Of a stretch of DNA of 64,000 bases, positions 1 through 12,164 are shown in pieces. Source of the DNA: Escherichia coli. Its GTDB lineage: Bacteria > Pseudomonadota > Gammaproteobacteria > Enterobacterales > Enterobacteriaceae. Within the stretch, counting starts at the first letter, position 1. Every line of letters begins with the position of its first letter. The position numbers and the translations under genes were made by a program. The notes under the pieces were generated by a model. It was not told the origin of the DNA. It ran no database searches and was given only the letters and a program-made list of their open reading frames with translations. The DNA lies in NCBI RefSeq assembly GCF_024223415.1, contig NZ_CP100500.1; one strand, written 5' to 3'.

Positions 1-1064
1 ACGCTGCCAAACGCCCGGTGCTTTATCTGGGCGGCGGTGTGATCAATGCGCCCGCACGGGTGCGTGAACTGGCGGAGAAAGCGCAACTGCCTACCACCAT
101 GACTTTAATGGCGCTGGGCATGTTGCCAAAAGCGCATCCGTTGTCGCTGGGTATGCTGGGGATGCACGGCGTGCGCAGCACCAACTATATTTTGCAGGAG
201 GCGGATTTGTTGATAGTGCTCGGTGCGCGTTTTGATGACCGGGCGATTGGCAAAACCGAGCAGTTCTGTCCGAATGCCAAAATCATTCATGTCGATATCG
301 ACCGTGCAGAGCTGGGTAAAATCAAGCAGCCGCACGTGGCGATTCAGGCGGATGTTGATGACGTGCTGGCGCAGTTGATCCCGCTGGTGGAAGCGCAACC
401 GCGTGCAGAGTGGCACCAGTTGGTAGCGGATTTGCAGCGTGAGTTTCCGTGTCCAATCCCGAAAGCGTGCGATCCGTTAAGCCATTACGGCCTGATCAAC
501 GCCGTTGCCGCCTGTGTCGATGACAATGCAATTATCACCACCGACGTTGGTCAGCATCAGATGTGGACCGCGCAAGCTTATCCGCTCAATCGCCCACGCC
601 AGTGGCTGACCTCCGGTGGGCTGGGCACGATGGGTTTTGGCCTGCCTGCGGCGATTGGCGCTGCGCTGGCGAACCCGGATCGCAAAGTGTTGTGTTTCTC
701 CGGCGACGGCAGCCTGATGATGAATATTCAGGAGATGGCGACCGCCAGTGAAAATCAGCTGGATGTCAAAATCATTCTGATGAACAACGAAGCGCTGGGG
801 CTGGTGCATCAGCAACAGAGTCTGTTCTACGAGCAAGGCGTTTTTGCCGCCACCTATCCGGGCAAAATCAACTTTATGCAGATTGCCGCCGGATTCGGCC
901 TCGAAACCTGTGATTTGAATAACGAAGCCGATCCGCAGGCTTCATTGCAGGAAATCATCAATCGCCCTGGCCCGGCGCTGATCCATGTGCGCATTGATGC
1001 CGAAGAAAAAGTTTACCCGATGGTGCCGCCAGGTGCGGCGAATACTGAAATGGTGGGGGAATAA
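1..1064 (+). CDS. ilvB: Acetolactate synthase I large subunit, C-terminal part (5' end lies upstream of window)
   Basis: Open frame from window start to stop at 1064; thiamine-diphosphate enzyme motif region (GDGS...NNE); followed 4 nt later by ilvN; synteny with uhpABCT. Confidence 0.9.
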   Translation, partial: AAKRPVLYLGGGVINAPARVRELAEKAQLPTTMTLMALGMLPKAHPLSLGMLGMHGVRSTNYILQEADLLIVLGARFDDRAIGKTEQFCPNAKIIHVDIDRAELGKIKQPHVAIQADVDDVLAQLIPLVEAQPRAEWHQLVADLQREFPCPIPKACDPLSHYGLINAVAACVDDNAIITTDVGQHQMWTAQAYPLNRPRQWLTSGGLGTMGFGLPAAIGAALANPDRKVLCFSGDGSLMMNIQEMATASENQLDVKIILMNNEALGLVHQQQSLFYEQGVFAATYPGKINFMQIAAGFGLETCDLNNEADPQASLQEIINRPGPALIHVRIDAEEKVYPMVPPGAANTEMVGE

Positions 1065-1067
1065 GCC

Positions 1068-1358
1068 ATGCAAAACACAACTCATGACAACGTAATTCTG
1101 GAGCTCACCGTTCGCAACCATCCGGGCGTAATGACCCACGTTTGTGGCCTTTTTGCCCGCCGCGCTTTTAACGTTGAAGGCATTCTTTGTCTGCCGATTC
1201 AGGACAGCGACAAAAGCCATATCTGGCTACTGGTCAATGACGACCAGCGTCTGGAGCAGATGATAAGCCAAATCGATAAGCTGGAAGATGTCGTGAAAGT
1301 GCAGCGTAATCAGTCCGATCCGACGATGTTTAACAAGATCGCGGTGTTTTTTCAGTAA
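1068..1358 (+). CDS. ilvN: Acetolactate synthase I small (regulatory) subunit
   Basis: 96-aa ORF recognised as IlvN; immediately downstream of ilvB. Confidence 0.92.
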
Positions 1359-1380
1359 CCGCTCAAGGCTTGAACAACAT

Positions 1381-1414
1381 CGCGCTTATCGTTAAGGTAA
1401 GCGCGTTTTTTTTT
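1381..1414 (+). terminator. Intrinsic terminator downstream of ilvBN
   Basis: Inverted repeat cgcgctta...taagcgcg followed by a run of nine T. Confidence 0.7.
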
Positions 1415-1432
1415 ACCCGCCAGGACAAGACC

Positions 1433-2023
1433 ATGATCACCGTTGCCCTTATAGACGATCACCTCATCGTCCGCTCCGGCTTTGCGCAGCTGCTGGGGCT
1501 GGAACCTGATTTGCAGGTAGTTGCCGAGTTTGGTTCGGGGCGCGAGGCGCTGGCGGGGCTGCCGGGGCGCGGTGTGCAGGTGTGTATTTGCGATATCTCC
1601 ATGCCCGATATCTCCGGTCTGGAGCTGCTAAGCCAGCTGCCGAAAGGTATGGCGACGATTATGCTCTCCGTTCACGACAGTCCTGCGCTGGTTGAGCAGG
1701 CGCTTAACGCGGGGGCACGCGGCTTTCTTTCCAAACGCTGTAGTCCGGATGAACTCATTGCTGCGGTGCATACGGTTGCCACGGGCGGCTGTTATCTGAC
1801 GCCGGATATTGCCATTAAACTGGCATCCGGTCGTCAGGACCCGCTAACCAAACGTGAACGCCAGGTGGCGGAAAAACTGGCGCAAGGAATGGCGGTGAAA
1901 GAGATTGCCGCCGAACTGGGCTTGTCACCGAAAACGGTACACGTCCATCGCGCCAATCTGATGGAAAAACTGGGCGTCAGTAACGACGTAGAGCTGGCGC
2001 GCCGCATGTTTGATGGCTGGTGA
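1433..2023 (+). CDS. uhpA: Response regulator UhpA (NarL/FixJ family)
   Basis: Start [10 protein letters not shown] inside ORF 1370..2023; receiver domain plus C-terminal LuxR-type HTH; synteny. Confidence 0.92.
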
Positions 2024-3525
2024 TGAAGACGTTGTTCTCCCGCTTAATTACCGTTATTGCCTGCTTTTTTATCTTCTCTGCCGCATGGTTTTGCCTGTGG
2101 AGTATCAGCCTGCATCTGGTTGAGCGCCCTGATATGGCGGTGCTGTTATTTCCGTTTGGTCTGCGTCTGGGGCTAATGCTGCAATGCCCGCGCGGATACT
2201 GGCCGGTGCTGCTGGGCGCGGAGTGGCTGCTGATTTACTGGCTAACGCAGGCGGTCGGTTTAACCCATTTTCCGTTATTGATGATCGGTAGTTTACTGAC
2301 GTTACTGCCCGTAGCGCTGATCTCGCGCTATCGCCATCAGCGTGACTGGCGCACCTTGCTGTTACAGGGGGCGGCGTTAACGGCGGCGGCGTTGTTGCAG
2401 TCGCTGCCCTGGCTTTGGCACGGCAAAGAGTCGTGGAATGCGCTGTTGCTGACTTTAACTGGCGGCCTGACGCTGGCCCCGATATGTCTGGTGTTCTGGC
2501 ACTATCTCGCCAATAACACCTGGCTGCCGCTCGGCCCGTCACTGGTTTCTCAGCCAATCAACTGGCGCGGGCGACATCTGGTCTGGTACTTGCTGCTGTT
2601 TGTTATCAGTCTCTGGCTCCAGTTGGGATTGCCGGACGAACTGTCGCGCTTTACGCCATTCTGTCTGGCGCTGCCGATTATCGCGCTGGCCTGGCACTAT
2701 GGTTGGCAAGGGGCGCTGATTGCGACGTTGATGAACGCCATCGCGCTGATCGCCAGTCAAACCTGGCGCGATCATCCGGTGGATTTATTGCTCTCGCTGC
2801 TGGTGCAAAGTCTGACAGGGTTGTTGCTTGGCGCTGGCATCCAGCGGTTGCGTGAACTTAACCAGTCGCTGCAAAAGGAACTGGCGCGCAATCAGCATCT
2901 GGCTGAACGGTTGCTGGAAACCGAAGAGAGCGTGCGCCGTGATGTGGCGCGTGAGCTGCATGATGATATCGGTCAGACCATCACTGCTATTCGTACTCAG
3001 GCGGGCATTGTTCAGCGGCTGGCGGCAGATAACGCCAGCGTGAAGCAGAGCGGGCAGCTCATCGAACAACTATCGCTGGGCGTTTACGACGCGGTGCGCC
3101 GTTTGTTGGGTCGGTTACGTCCGCGCCAGTTGGATGATCTCACCCTGGAGCAGGCCATCCGCTCACTGATGCGGGAAATGGAGCTGGAAGGGCGCGGTAT
3201 TGTCAGCCATCTCGAATGGCGAATCGATGAATCAGCGTTAAGCGAAAACCAGCGCGTGACGCTGTTTCGTGTCTGCCAGGAAGGGCTGAACAACATTGTG
3301 AAACATGCTGATGCCAGCGCGGTCACCCTGCAAGGCTGGCAGCAGGATGAACGGTTGATGCTGGTTATTGAAGACGATGGCAGCGGTTTGCCGCCGGGTT
3401 CCGGGCAACAAGGTTTTGGCCTCACCGGAATGCGCGAGCGCGTAACGGCGCTGGGTGGCACATTACACATTTCCTGTCTGCACGGCACGCGTGTCAGCGT
3501 TTCTCTACCTCAACGCTATGTCTAA
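2020..3525 (+). CDS. uhpB: Sensor histidine kinase UhpB
   Basis: 501-aa ORF overlapping uhpA stop; N-terminal multi-TM region, C-terminal histidine kinase/ATPase motifs; synteny. Confidence 0.92.
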
Positions 3526-3528
3526 GGT

Positions 3529-4854
3529 TTGATGATGTTGCCGTTTCTGAAAGCGCCTGCCGATGCGCCATTAATGACTGATAAATATGAAATTGATGCC
3601 CGCTATCGCTACTGGCGTCGGCATATTCTGCTGACCATCTGGCTGGGTTACGCGCTGTTTTACTTCACGCGGAAAAGTTTTAACGCCGCCGTACCAGAAA
3701 TCCTTGCTAACGGCGTGCTCAGCCGTAGCGATATCGGCCTGTTAGCGACCCTGTTTTACATTACCTATGGCGTGTCGAAGTTTGTCTCCGGCATTGTCAG
3801 CGATCGCTCAAATGCCCGTTATTTTATGGGGATAGGGCTTATCGCCACGGGCATTATCAACATTCTGTTTGGCTTCTCGACGTCGCTATGGGCGTTTGCC
3901 GTACTCTGGGTGCTGAACGCCTTTTTCCAGGGCTGGGGTTCACCGGTGTGTGCGCGTCTGTTAACCGCCTGGTATTCTCGTACCGAGCGCGGCGGTTGGT
4001 GGGCATTATGGAACACGGCGCATAACGTCGGCGGCGCACTCATTCCCATTGTGATGGCAGCGGCTGCACTACATTACGGCTGGCGTGCCGGGATGATGAT
4101 TGCTGGTTGTATGGCGATCGTCGTGGGAATTTTTCTCTGCTGGCGGCTGCGCGATCGCCCGCAGGCGTTAGGTTTACCGGCGGTCGGTGAATGGCGACAC
4201 GACGCGCTGGAGATAGCTCAACAACAAGAAGGGGCAGGGCTGACGCGTAAAGAGATCCTCACCAAATATGTGTTGCTGAATCCGTATATCTGGCTGCTTT
4301 CGTTTTGCTATGTGCTGGTCTATGTGGTCCGGGCGGCGATCAACGACTGGGGCAATTTGTATATGTCCGAGACGCTGGGCGTCGATCTGGTCACGGCGAA
4401 TACGGCAGTGACGATGTTTGAACTGGGTGGATTTATCGGTGCGCTGGTAGCGGGTTGGGGCTCGGACAAATTGTTTAACGGCAACCGAGGGCCGATGAAT
4501 TTGATTTTCGCCGCCGGAATTTTGCTTTCAGTCGGCTCCCTGTGGCTGATGCCATTTGCCAGCTACGTGATGCAGGCAACCTGCTTCTTCACCATTGGTT
4601 TTTTTGTCTTTGGCCCACAGATGTTAATCGGTATGGCGGCGGCAGAGTGTTCCCACAAAGAGGCGGCAGGGGCGGCGACGGGGTTTGTCGGCTTGTTTGC
4701 TTATCTGGGGGCGTCGCTTGCTGGTTGGCCGCTGGCGAAAGTACTCGATACCTGGCACTGGAGCGGATTTTTTGTGGTTATCTCTATCGCCGCCGGGATT
4801 TCCGCACTGCTGTTACTGCCCTTTTTGAACGCCCAGACACCGCGCGAAGCGTGA
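3529..4854 (+). CDS. uhpC: Glucose-6-phosphate sensor/transporter-like MFS protein UhpC
   Basis: 441-aa MFS protein, paralog of UhpT; synteny. Confidence 0.9.
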   Translation: MMMLPFLKAPADAPLMTDKYEIDARYRYWRRHILLTIWLGYALFYFTRKSFNAAVPEILANGVLSRSDIGLLATLFYITYGVSKFVSGIVSDRSNARYFMGIGLIATGIINILFGFSTSLWAFAVLWVLNAFFQGWGSPVCARLLTAWYSRTERGGWWALWNTAHNVGGALIPIVMAAAALHYGWRAGMMIAGCMAIVVGIFLCWRLRDRPQALGLPAVGEWRHDALEIAQQQEGAGLTRKEILTKYVLLNPYIWLLSFCYVLVYVVRAAINDWGNLYMSETLGVDLVTANTAVTMFELGGFIGALVAGWGSDKLFNGNRGPMNLIFAAGILLSVGSLWLMPFASYVMQATCFFTIGFFVFGPQMLIGMAAAECSHKEAAGAATGFVGLFAYLGASLAGWPLAKVLDTWHWSGFFVVISIAAGISALLLLPFLNAQTPREA

Positions 4855-4879
4855 TGCATCTCACCTTTTCACTTCATAT

Positions 4880-4991
4880 CCGGCAAAACTAAGAAATTTT
4901 CCAGGTTTTGCCTGGACGCTATCTCAGGCCTGATTTGCTGCTGATTTTTACAATGCATGCCTCACGCAGGTATTCATTTCAGGAGTAACCC
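4880..4991 (+). promoter_or_regulatory. uhpT promoter / UhpA-responsive control region (approximate)
   Basis: Intergenic region upstream of uhpT containing the imperfect palindrome gcctggacgctatctcaggcc and the RBS aggagt before the ATG at 4992; exact sites not mapped. Confidence 0.45.
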
Positions 4992-6383
4992 ATGCTGGCT
5001 TTCTTAAACCAGGTTCGCAAGCCGACCCTGGACCTTCCGCTCGAAGTGCGGCGCAAAATGTGGTTCAAACCGTTCATGCAATCCTACCTGGTGGTCTTTA
5101 TCGGCTACCTGACGATGTACCTGATTCGCAAGAACTTTAACATCGCGCAGAACGATATGATTTCGACCTACGGGTTGAGCATGACGCAGCTGGGGATGAT
5201 CGGCCTGGGTTTCTCCATCACTTATGGCGTGGGTAAAACGCTGGTTTCCTACTACGCCGACGGCAAAAACACCAAACAATTCCTGCCGTTCATGCTGATC
5301 CTCTCTGCTATTTGTATGCTGGGCTTCAGTGCCAGTATGGGCAGCGGCTCGGTTAGCCTGTTCCTGATGATTGCCTTCTACGCCTTAAGCGGCTTTTTCC
5401 AGAGTACCGGCGGTTCGTGCAGTTACTCCACCATCACCAAATGGACGCCGCGTCGTAAACGCGGGACATTCCTCGGTTTCTGGAATATTTCTCACAACCT
5501 TGGCGGTGCAGGCGCAGCAGGTGTGGCGCTGTTCGGGGCAAATTACCTGTTCGATGGCCATGTCATCGGCATGTTTATCTTCCCGTCGATTATCGCGCTG
5601 ATTGTCGGTTTTATCGGCCTGCGTTACGGCAGCGACTCCCCGGAATCTTATGGCCTCGGCAAAGCTGAAGAACTGTTCGGCGAGGAGATCAGCGAAGAGG
5701 ACAAAGAGACAGAATCTACCGATATGACCAAGTGGCAGATCTTTGTTGAGTATGTGCTGAAAAACAAAGTGATCTGGCTGCTGTGCTTCGCCAACATTTT
5801 CCTCTATGTGGTACGTATTGGTATCGACCAGTGGTCAACCGTATACGCGTTCCAGGAACTGAAACTCTCTAAAGCGGTGGCGATTCAGGGCTTTACGCTG
5901 TTTGAAGCTGGTGCGCTGGTCGGTACGCTGCTGTGGGGCTGGCTCTCTGACCTGGCGAACGGTCGCCGTGGCCTGGTGGCCTGCATCGCGCTGGCGCTGA
6001 TTATCGCCACGCTCGGTGTGTATCAACATGCCAGTAACGAATATATCTATCTGGCTTCTCTCTTTGCGTTGGGTTTCCTGGTCTTTGGCCCGCAATTGTT
6101 GATTGGTGTGGCTGCTGTTGGCTTTGTACCTAAAAAAGCGATTGGCGCTGCCGATGGTATTAAAGGCACCTTTGCTTACCTGATTGGTGACAGCTTTGCC
6201 AAGTTAGGTCTGGGAATGATTGCCGATGGGACGCCGGTATTCGGCCTTACCGGCTGGGCAGGCACCTTCGCCGCGCTGGATATCGCCGCGATTGGTTGTA
6301 TCTGCCTGATGGCGATAGTGGCGGTAATGGAAGAACGCAAAATCCGCCGCGAGAAAAAAATTCAGCAGTTGACAGTGGCATAA
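4992..6383 (+). CDS. uhpT: Hexose-6-phosphate:phosphate antiporter
   Basis: 463-aa MFS ORF recognised as UhpT; synteny. Confidence 0.94.
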
Positions 6384-6401
6384 ACGTAACTGGTGACTTT
6401 T

Positions 6402-6427
6402 GCCCGGCATGACGCCGGGCTTTTTTT
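6402..6427. terminator. Bidirectional intrinsic terminator between convergent uhpT and ade
   Basis: gcccggc-atgac-gccgggc hairpin followed by a T-run. Confidence 0.7.
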
Positions 6428-6428
6428 A

Positions 6429-8195
6429 TTATTCCGTGACTTCCAGCGTAGTGAAGGCAAACTTCTCGCCATCAAATAGCCCCTGACTGGTTAGTTTTAG
6501 CGCGGGGATCACTGGCAGAGAAAGAAACGCCATCTGAATAAACGGCTCATCGGGTAACGGACCGCATTCACGGGCGGCGGCTTTCAAGGCGTCAATTTGT
6601 TCCGCCAGCGACTGCGCCGTGTCGGTGCTCATCAGCCCGGCAATGGGTAACGGCAGATGACTTTGTACCTGGCCGTTACGTACCACGCACAGCCCGCCGC
6701 CATCCTGAATCACCTGATTGACCGCCAGCGCCATCTCTTCGGCACTGCGACCGATCACCACAATATTATGGCTGTCATGGCTGACCGTCGCAGCCAGCGC
6801 ACCTTCATTCAGTCCAAAGCCGCCAAGCAAACCACAAGCCGGAGCCAGCCGTTGCCCGTAACGCTCAAGTACGGCAATAAAGCTCACATCATCGCGATCA
6901 AAACCATTTTCGCTGTAGACGCTGGAGTGGGAGTGCGTAATCAATTCGTTATGGATGACGTCAATGACCCGATAGCGTTTTCCGGGCGTAAATTGCAGGG
7001 CAAAGTCGCTGGCGGAAACTGGCTGGCGGGCAATGGTGTTGCCATATGGCGGAGCGGATTGTGCCAGTCTCGCCGACTCTTCCGCCTGTAAGGTTTGCGC
7101 ATCAATCGGCTCGCCTTTCACCAGTACCTGCTGCACCGTGACCTTACGCGCATCGCTCAACAGGACGATATCGGCCTGCTTGCCGGGTGCCAGTAAGCCG
7201 AGGTGATTCAGACCAAAGTGGCGCGCCGTCGACCAGCTGGCGACGCGATATGCCACATGCAGCGGCACATTGTGTTGTTCGATCAGGCGGCGAATTAAGG
7301 CATCGATGTGTCCTTCATGGGCGATCTCCCACGGGTTACGGTCATCGGTACAGAGCATGCATTGCGGGCTGTTAAATTCGTTGATCAACGGTGCCAGCGC
7401 GTTGAGATTGCGGGCAGCGGACCCTTCGCGGATCATCAACGACATGCCGAGTTGTAATTTCCGGCGTCCTTCTTCCAGCTGATAACTTTCGTGGCAGTTT
7501 TCAATACCCGCAGTAATATAGGCGTTAAGTTCTTTACCACCCAAACCCGGGCAGTGACCGTCCAGCGTCAGGTGGCGAAATGCATCCAGTTTATCGAGCA
7601 GCGCATTCTGCCCGCTAATTACGCCAGGGTAGTCCATCATTTCTGCAAGGCCGGTAACCTGCGGATGGTCCCGCCAGGCGAGCATCTGTTCAAGGGTAAA
7701 ACTGGCACCGTTAACATCGCAGCCTTCCAGGGCGGGTACGCAAGAGCTGACCTGTAAGTACTGGTTTTGCCTTGCCTGTTCGGCACAGCGGGCAAACCAG
7801 GCGAATCCGGCTTCGCCCATCACGTTGACGATTTCATGAGGGTCGCAAATAACGGTCGTCAGGCCGCGCGGCAGGGTAGCGGTTTCAAAAGTGACCGGCG
7901 TCATCATGCTGGATTCAATATGCAGGTGAGCATCAATAAACCCTGGCACCGCCGTTGCGCCGCGAGCATCAATCCGCTGCAAAGCCGGAGCATCAGTGTA
8001 TTCTGCGCCAACACCGGCAATGTAACGTCCTTTAATCACAATTGGGCCGGAAATTTCTCCGCCATTGATCAGGTCGAGAATAGAGACATTATCAATAATA
8101 TAATCGGCAACAGCGTCGCCACGGGAAACGGCTAACAATTCCTGGTATTCAGCCCGGCTAATGTGATGAAATTTATGGTTAATAGAATTATTCAT
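6429..8195 (-). CDS. ade: Adenine deaminase
   Basis: 588-aa ORF with amidohydrolase metal-binding motifs ([11 protein letters not shown]); K-12 synteny. Confidence 0.92.
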
Positions 8196-8368
8196 ATTTT
8201 TCTCATTTTGATTTTATCAATTTGATTATTATTTATCATAAAGAAACGTCGCGAGATTATTAAAGAATATCCATTAATGTGCAATTGAAATGTGATAATT
8301 ATCACTGAACCGTTGTTGTCATTTGTTTTACAAAAGCAAGGGATTAAATCTCCTCCAATGGACAAAAA

Positions 8369-9703
8369 ATGAATAATGACAATACCGATTACGTGAGTAA
8401 TGAATCAGGGACGCTTTCGCGATTATTTAAACTACCTCAGCATGGGACCACCGTCCGCACAGAATTGATTGCGGGGATGACCACTTTTTTAACCATGGTG
8501 TACATCGTTTTTGTGAACCCGCAAATCCTCGGCGCGGCACAAATGGACCCGAAAGTGGTGTTTGTTACCACCTGTTTGATTGCCGGTATCGGCAGTATTG
8601 CGATGGGGATATTTGCTAACTTACCCGTGGCGCTGGCTCCGGCAATGGGGCTGAACGCCTTCTTTGCCTTCGTGGTCGTGGGGGCGATGGGCATCTCCTG
8701 GCAGACCGGGATGGGCGCAATATTCTGGGGCGCAGTTGGACTATTTTTGCTCACGCTGTTTCGTATCCGGTACTGGATGATCTCCAACATTCCCTTAAGT
8801 TTACGTATTGGTATCACCAGCGGAATTGGATTATTTATCGCCTTAATGGGATTAAAAAATACTGGCGTTATTGTCGCCAATAAAGACACGCTGGTGATGA
8901 TTGGCGATTTAAGTTCTCACGGCGTGTTGTTAGGTATTTTAGGGTTTTTTATTATAACCGTGTTGTCATCACGTCATTTTCATGCCGCGGTGCTGGTTTC
9001 TATTGTGGCGACGTCTTGCTGTGGATTATTTTTCGGTGATGTTCATTTTAGCGGCGTCTATTCCATTCCGCCTGATATTAGCGGCGTCATTGGTGAAGTA
9101 GATTTGAGCGGCGCGTTAACACTTGAACTCGCCGGTATCATTTTCTCCTTTATGCTGATCAACCTATTTGATTCATCAGGAACATTAATTGGTGTAACTG
9201 ATAAAGCGGGCTTAATAGATGGTAACGGTAAATTCCCCAATATGAATAAGGCGCTGTATGTTGATAGCGTCAGTTCGGTGGCGGGTGCGTTTATCGGCAC
9301 CTCGTCTGTTACTGCCTATATTGAAAGTACTTCTGGTGTGGCAGTCGGTGGCCGCACGGGGCTGACTGCGGTTGTGGTTGGCGTTATGTTCCTGTTGGTT
9401 ATGTTCTTCTCACCGCTGGTGGCGATGGTTCCTCCTTACGCAACCGCCGGAGCGTTAATCTTTGTTGGCGTGCTGATGACTTCGAGCCTGGCGCGCGTTA
9501 ACTGGGATGATTTTACCGAATCGGTGCCTGCGTTTATTACCACGGTGATGATGCCCTTTACTTTCTCGATCACCGAAGGGATTGCACTCGGCTTTATGTC
9601 GTACTGCATCATGAAAGTGTGCACCGGGCGCTGGCGCGATCTGAACCTGTGTGTGGTGGTGGTCGCAGCTCTGTTTGCACTGAAGATTATTCTGGTGGAT
9701 TAG
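8369..9703 (+). CDS. adeQ: Adenine permease (NCS2 family)
   Basis: 444-aa multi-TM ORF divergent from ade; nucleobase transporter features; synteny. Confidence 0.87.
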   Translation: MNNDNTDYVSNESGTLSRLFKLPQHGTTVRTELIAGMTTFLTMVYIVFVNPQILGAAQMDPKVVFVTTCLIAGIGSIAMGIFANLPVALAPAMGLNAFFAFVVVGAMGISWQTGMGAIFWGAVGLFLLTLFRIRYWMISNIPLSLRIGITSGIGLFIALMGLKNTGVIVANKDTLVMIGDLSSHGVLLGILGFFIITVLSSRHFHAAVLVSIVATSCCGLFFGDVHFSGVYSIPPDISGVIGEVDLSGALTLELAGIIFSFMLINLFDSSGTLIGVTDKAGLIDGNGKFPNMNKALYVDSVSSVAGAFIGTSSVTAYIESTSGVAVGGRTGLTAVVVGVMFLLVMFFSPLVAMVPPYATAGALIFVGVLMTSSLARVNWDDFTESVPAFITTVMMPFTFSITEGIALGFMSYCIMKVCTGRWRDLNLCVVVVAALFALKIILVD

Positions 9704-9755
9704 TAACTGGCGAGGGTTTCCAGATATCATGAGTTCTGATTACGCAGGAGAACTC

Positions 9756-10208
9756 ATGATCTGGATAATGCTCGCCACGCTGGCAGTGGTGTTTGTGGTT
9801 GGTTTTCGGGTGCTGACATCCGGGGCCAGAAAAGCGATTCGCCGTCTCAGCGATCGGCTGAATATCGATGTCATACCCGTGGAGTCGATGGTCGATCAAA
9901 TGGGAAAGTCAGCCGGTGACGAATTTTTACGTTATTTGCATCGTCCGGATGAGTCGCACCTGCAAAACGCCGCGCAGGTGTTGCTCATCTGGCAAATTGT
10001 CATTGTCGATGGTAGCGAACAGAACCTGCTGCAATGGCATCGGATTTTACAAAAAGCCCGTCTTGCCGCGCCGATTACCGATGCTCAGGTCAGGCTGGCG
10101 CTGGGGTTTCTGCGCGAAACCGAACCTGAAATGCAGGATATTAATGCTTTTCAGATGCGCTATAACGCGTTCTTTCAGCCTGCCGAGGGCGTTCACTGGC
10201 TGCATTAA
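9756..10208 (+). CDS. yicN: Conserved membrane-associated protein YicN (alternative start at 9729)
   Basis: ORF with N-terminal hydrophobic segment MIWIMLATLAVVFVVGF; K-12 synteny. Confidence 0.7.
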   Translation: MIWIMLATLAVVFVVGFRVLTSGARKAIRRLSDRLNIDVIPVESMVDQMGKSAGDEFLRYLHRPDESHLQNAAQVLLIWQIVIVDGSEQNLLQWHRILQKARLAAPITDAQVRLALGFLRETEPEMQDINAFQMRYNAFFQPAEGVHWLH

Positions 10209-10418
10209 AACCGCTTCGTCTTATCAGCCTACAGACCGCGCCTGACCTGTCGGGTGGATAAGACGTTCACGCCGCATCCGGTAATCTTTGCCCTGTTCCG
10301 TTTCGATCTTAACTCCAGCTCAAGCAACACCGTAAAAGTTGCAAAAACGTTAAATGCGTCACACATTTCAATGTTAAAGTGGTCGGCTTTTCCCCTGAAA
10401 CATGCCACGGGTAACACC

Positions 10419-11609
10419 ATGAGTGAATTTATTGCCGAAAACCGCGGCGCGGATGCCATCACCCGACCGAACTGGTCAGCCGTTTTCTCGGTGGCGTTTT
10501 GTGTCGCCTGTCTGATTATCGTTGAGTTTTTGCCCGTCAGTTTGTTGACGCCAATGGCCCAGGATTTAGGCATTTCGGAAGGGGTTGCCGGGCAATCGGT
10601 GACCGTGACCGCCTTTGTGGCAATGTTTGCCAGTTTGTTTATTACCCAGACAATTCAGGCTACTGACCGCCGCTACGTTGTTATTTTGTTTGCCGTTTTG
10701 CTGACGCTCTCCTGCTTGCTGGTTTCCTTTGCTAACTCATTCAGTTTGCTTTTAATCGGTCGTGCCTGTCTGGGGCTGGCGCTGGGCGGGTTCTGGGCGA
10801 TGTCGGCGTCGCTGACCATGCGTCTGGTGCCGCCGCGTACGGTGCCGAAGGCGCTGTCGGTGATCTTCGGCGCGGTTTCTATTGCGCTGGTGATTGCCGC
10901 GCCGTTGGGCAGTTTTTTAGGCGAGCTTATCGGTTGGCGCAATGTCTTTAATGCGGCGGCGGTGATGGGCGTGCTGTGTATTTTCTGGATTATCAAATCA
11001 TTGCCTTCACTGCCAGGCGAACCCTCGCATCAGAAACAAAATACTTTCCGCTTATTACAACGTCCGGGTGTGATGGCAGGGATGATCGCCATCTTCATGT
11101 CTTTCGCCGGGCAGTTTGCTTTCTTCACGTATATTCGCCCGGTGTATATGAACCTGGCGGGATTCGGCGTGGATGGCTTAACGCTGGTGCTGTTGAGTTT
11201 TGGTATCGCCAGCTTTATTGGTACGTCGCTTTCGTCGTTCATTCTTAAACGTTCGGTAAAACTGGCCTTAGCAGGCGCGCCGTTAATACTGGCTGTGAGT
11301 GCGTTGGTACTGACGTTGTGGGGAAGCGATAAAATCATTGCTACCGGCGTGGCGATTATCTGGGGGCTAACTTTTGCATTGGTTCCCGTCGGCTGGTCAA
11401 CGTGGATCACCCGCTCGCTGGCCGATCAGGCAGAAAAAGCCGGGTCTATTCAGGTGGCGGTTATTCAGCTTGCTAATACCTGTGGCGCGGCAATCGGCGG
11501 TTATGCGCTGGATAATATTGGTCTGACTTCGCCGTTGATGTTGTCCGGCACATTGATGTTGCTGACTGCATTGTTGGTTACTGCAAAGGTGAAAATGAAG
11601 AAATCCTGA
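10419..11609 (+). CDS. nepI: Purine ribonucleoside efflux MFS transporter
   Basis: Start [12 protein letters not shown] inside ORF 10254..11609; 12-TM MFS; synteny. Confidence 0.87.
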   Translation: MSEFIAENRGADAITRPNWSAVFSVAFCVACLIIVEFLPVSLLTPMAQDLGISEGVAGQSVTVTAFVAMFASLFITQTIQATDRRYVVILFAVLLTLSCLLVSFANSFSLLLIGRACLGLALGGFWAMSASLTMRLVPPRTVPKALSVIFGAVSIALVIAAPLGSFLGELIGWRNVFNAAAVMGVLCIFWIIKSLPSLPGEPSHQKQNTFRLLQRPGVMAGMIAIFMSFAGQFAFFTYIRPVYMNLAGFGVDGLTLVLLSFGIASFIGTSLSSFILKRSVKLALAGAPLILAVSALVLTLWGSDKIIATGVAIIWGLTFALVPVGWSTWITRSLADQAEKAGSIQVAVIQLANTCGAAIGGYALDNIGLTSPLMLSGTLMLLTALLVTAKVKMKKS

Positions 11610-11649
11610 TATCAGGTAAAGAAGCGTTGGTCAGTAGTTGTTGCTGTTC

Positions 11650-11943
11650 TTACATATCCGGGCATTCTACCTTACCCAACGCTTCCCAATAATTGCTCTG
11701 ATTATTACGTTCCATCGCCACGATGGCCTCGCGTATATGTTGTTTATTGTTTTCATCTGACAACATTAACTTTTCCCACGCTTCATCTGATAATGACGCC
11801 TGTGGCGTGCAAATTTTACGTAAATCTTGTAATACCGTGGTTTTCTCTTTTGCGGACTGCAGTGAGCTAAAAGGCGACTCGGCGTATACGATGCCTGGCA
11901 TAGCGAAAAAAGTGAAAATAAGCAGTAGTGTCGTTGGTTTCAT
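11650..11943 (-). CDS. yicS: Small secreted protein YicS
   Basis: 97-aa ORF with signal peptide MKPTTLLLIFTFFAMPGIVYA; synteny. Confidence 0.8.
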   Translation of the reverse strand: MKPTTLLLIFTFFAMPGIVYAESPFSSLQSAKEKTTVLQDLRKICTPQASLSDEAWEKLMLSDENNKQHIREAIVAMERNNQSNYWEALGKVECPDM

Positions 11944-12164
11944 GGATTCAACCTTTTACAAATGTGTATCGAATGAAGCATAAGTGTAGTTTGCTTTCAT
12001 CGCTCTCATCATGCTGTACGAAACGCGCTTGCGTGGTCAGTAAGAAGTGCCAGACTTTATATTCCACTTTTATTCCTTTTTATTCTTATCGATAGCGTTT
12101 CGTTTTTTAAACCGCAGCGACCTTACCGCTATAGTCAGGTAATCATTAATAAAAGGATAAAAAA

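Noticed and set aside
2105-3488. Minus-strand ORFs within uhpB (150, 78, 94 and 134 aa)
   Set aside because: Lie inside the well-supported uhpB coding sequence on the opposite strand.
6657-8135. Plus-strand ORFs (62-144 aa) within ade
   Set aside because: Antisense to the adenine deaminase gene.
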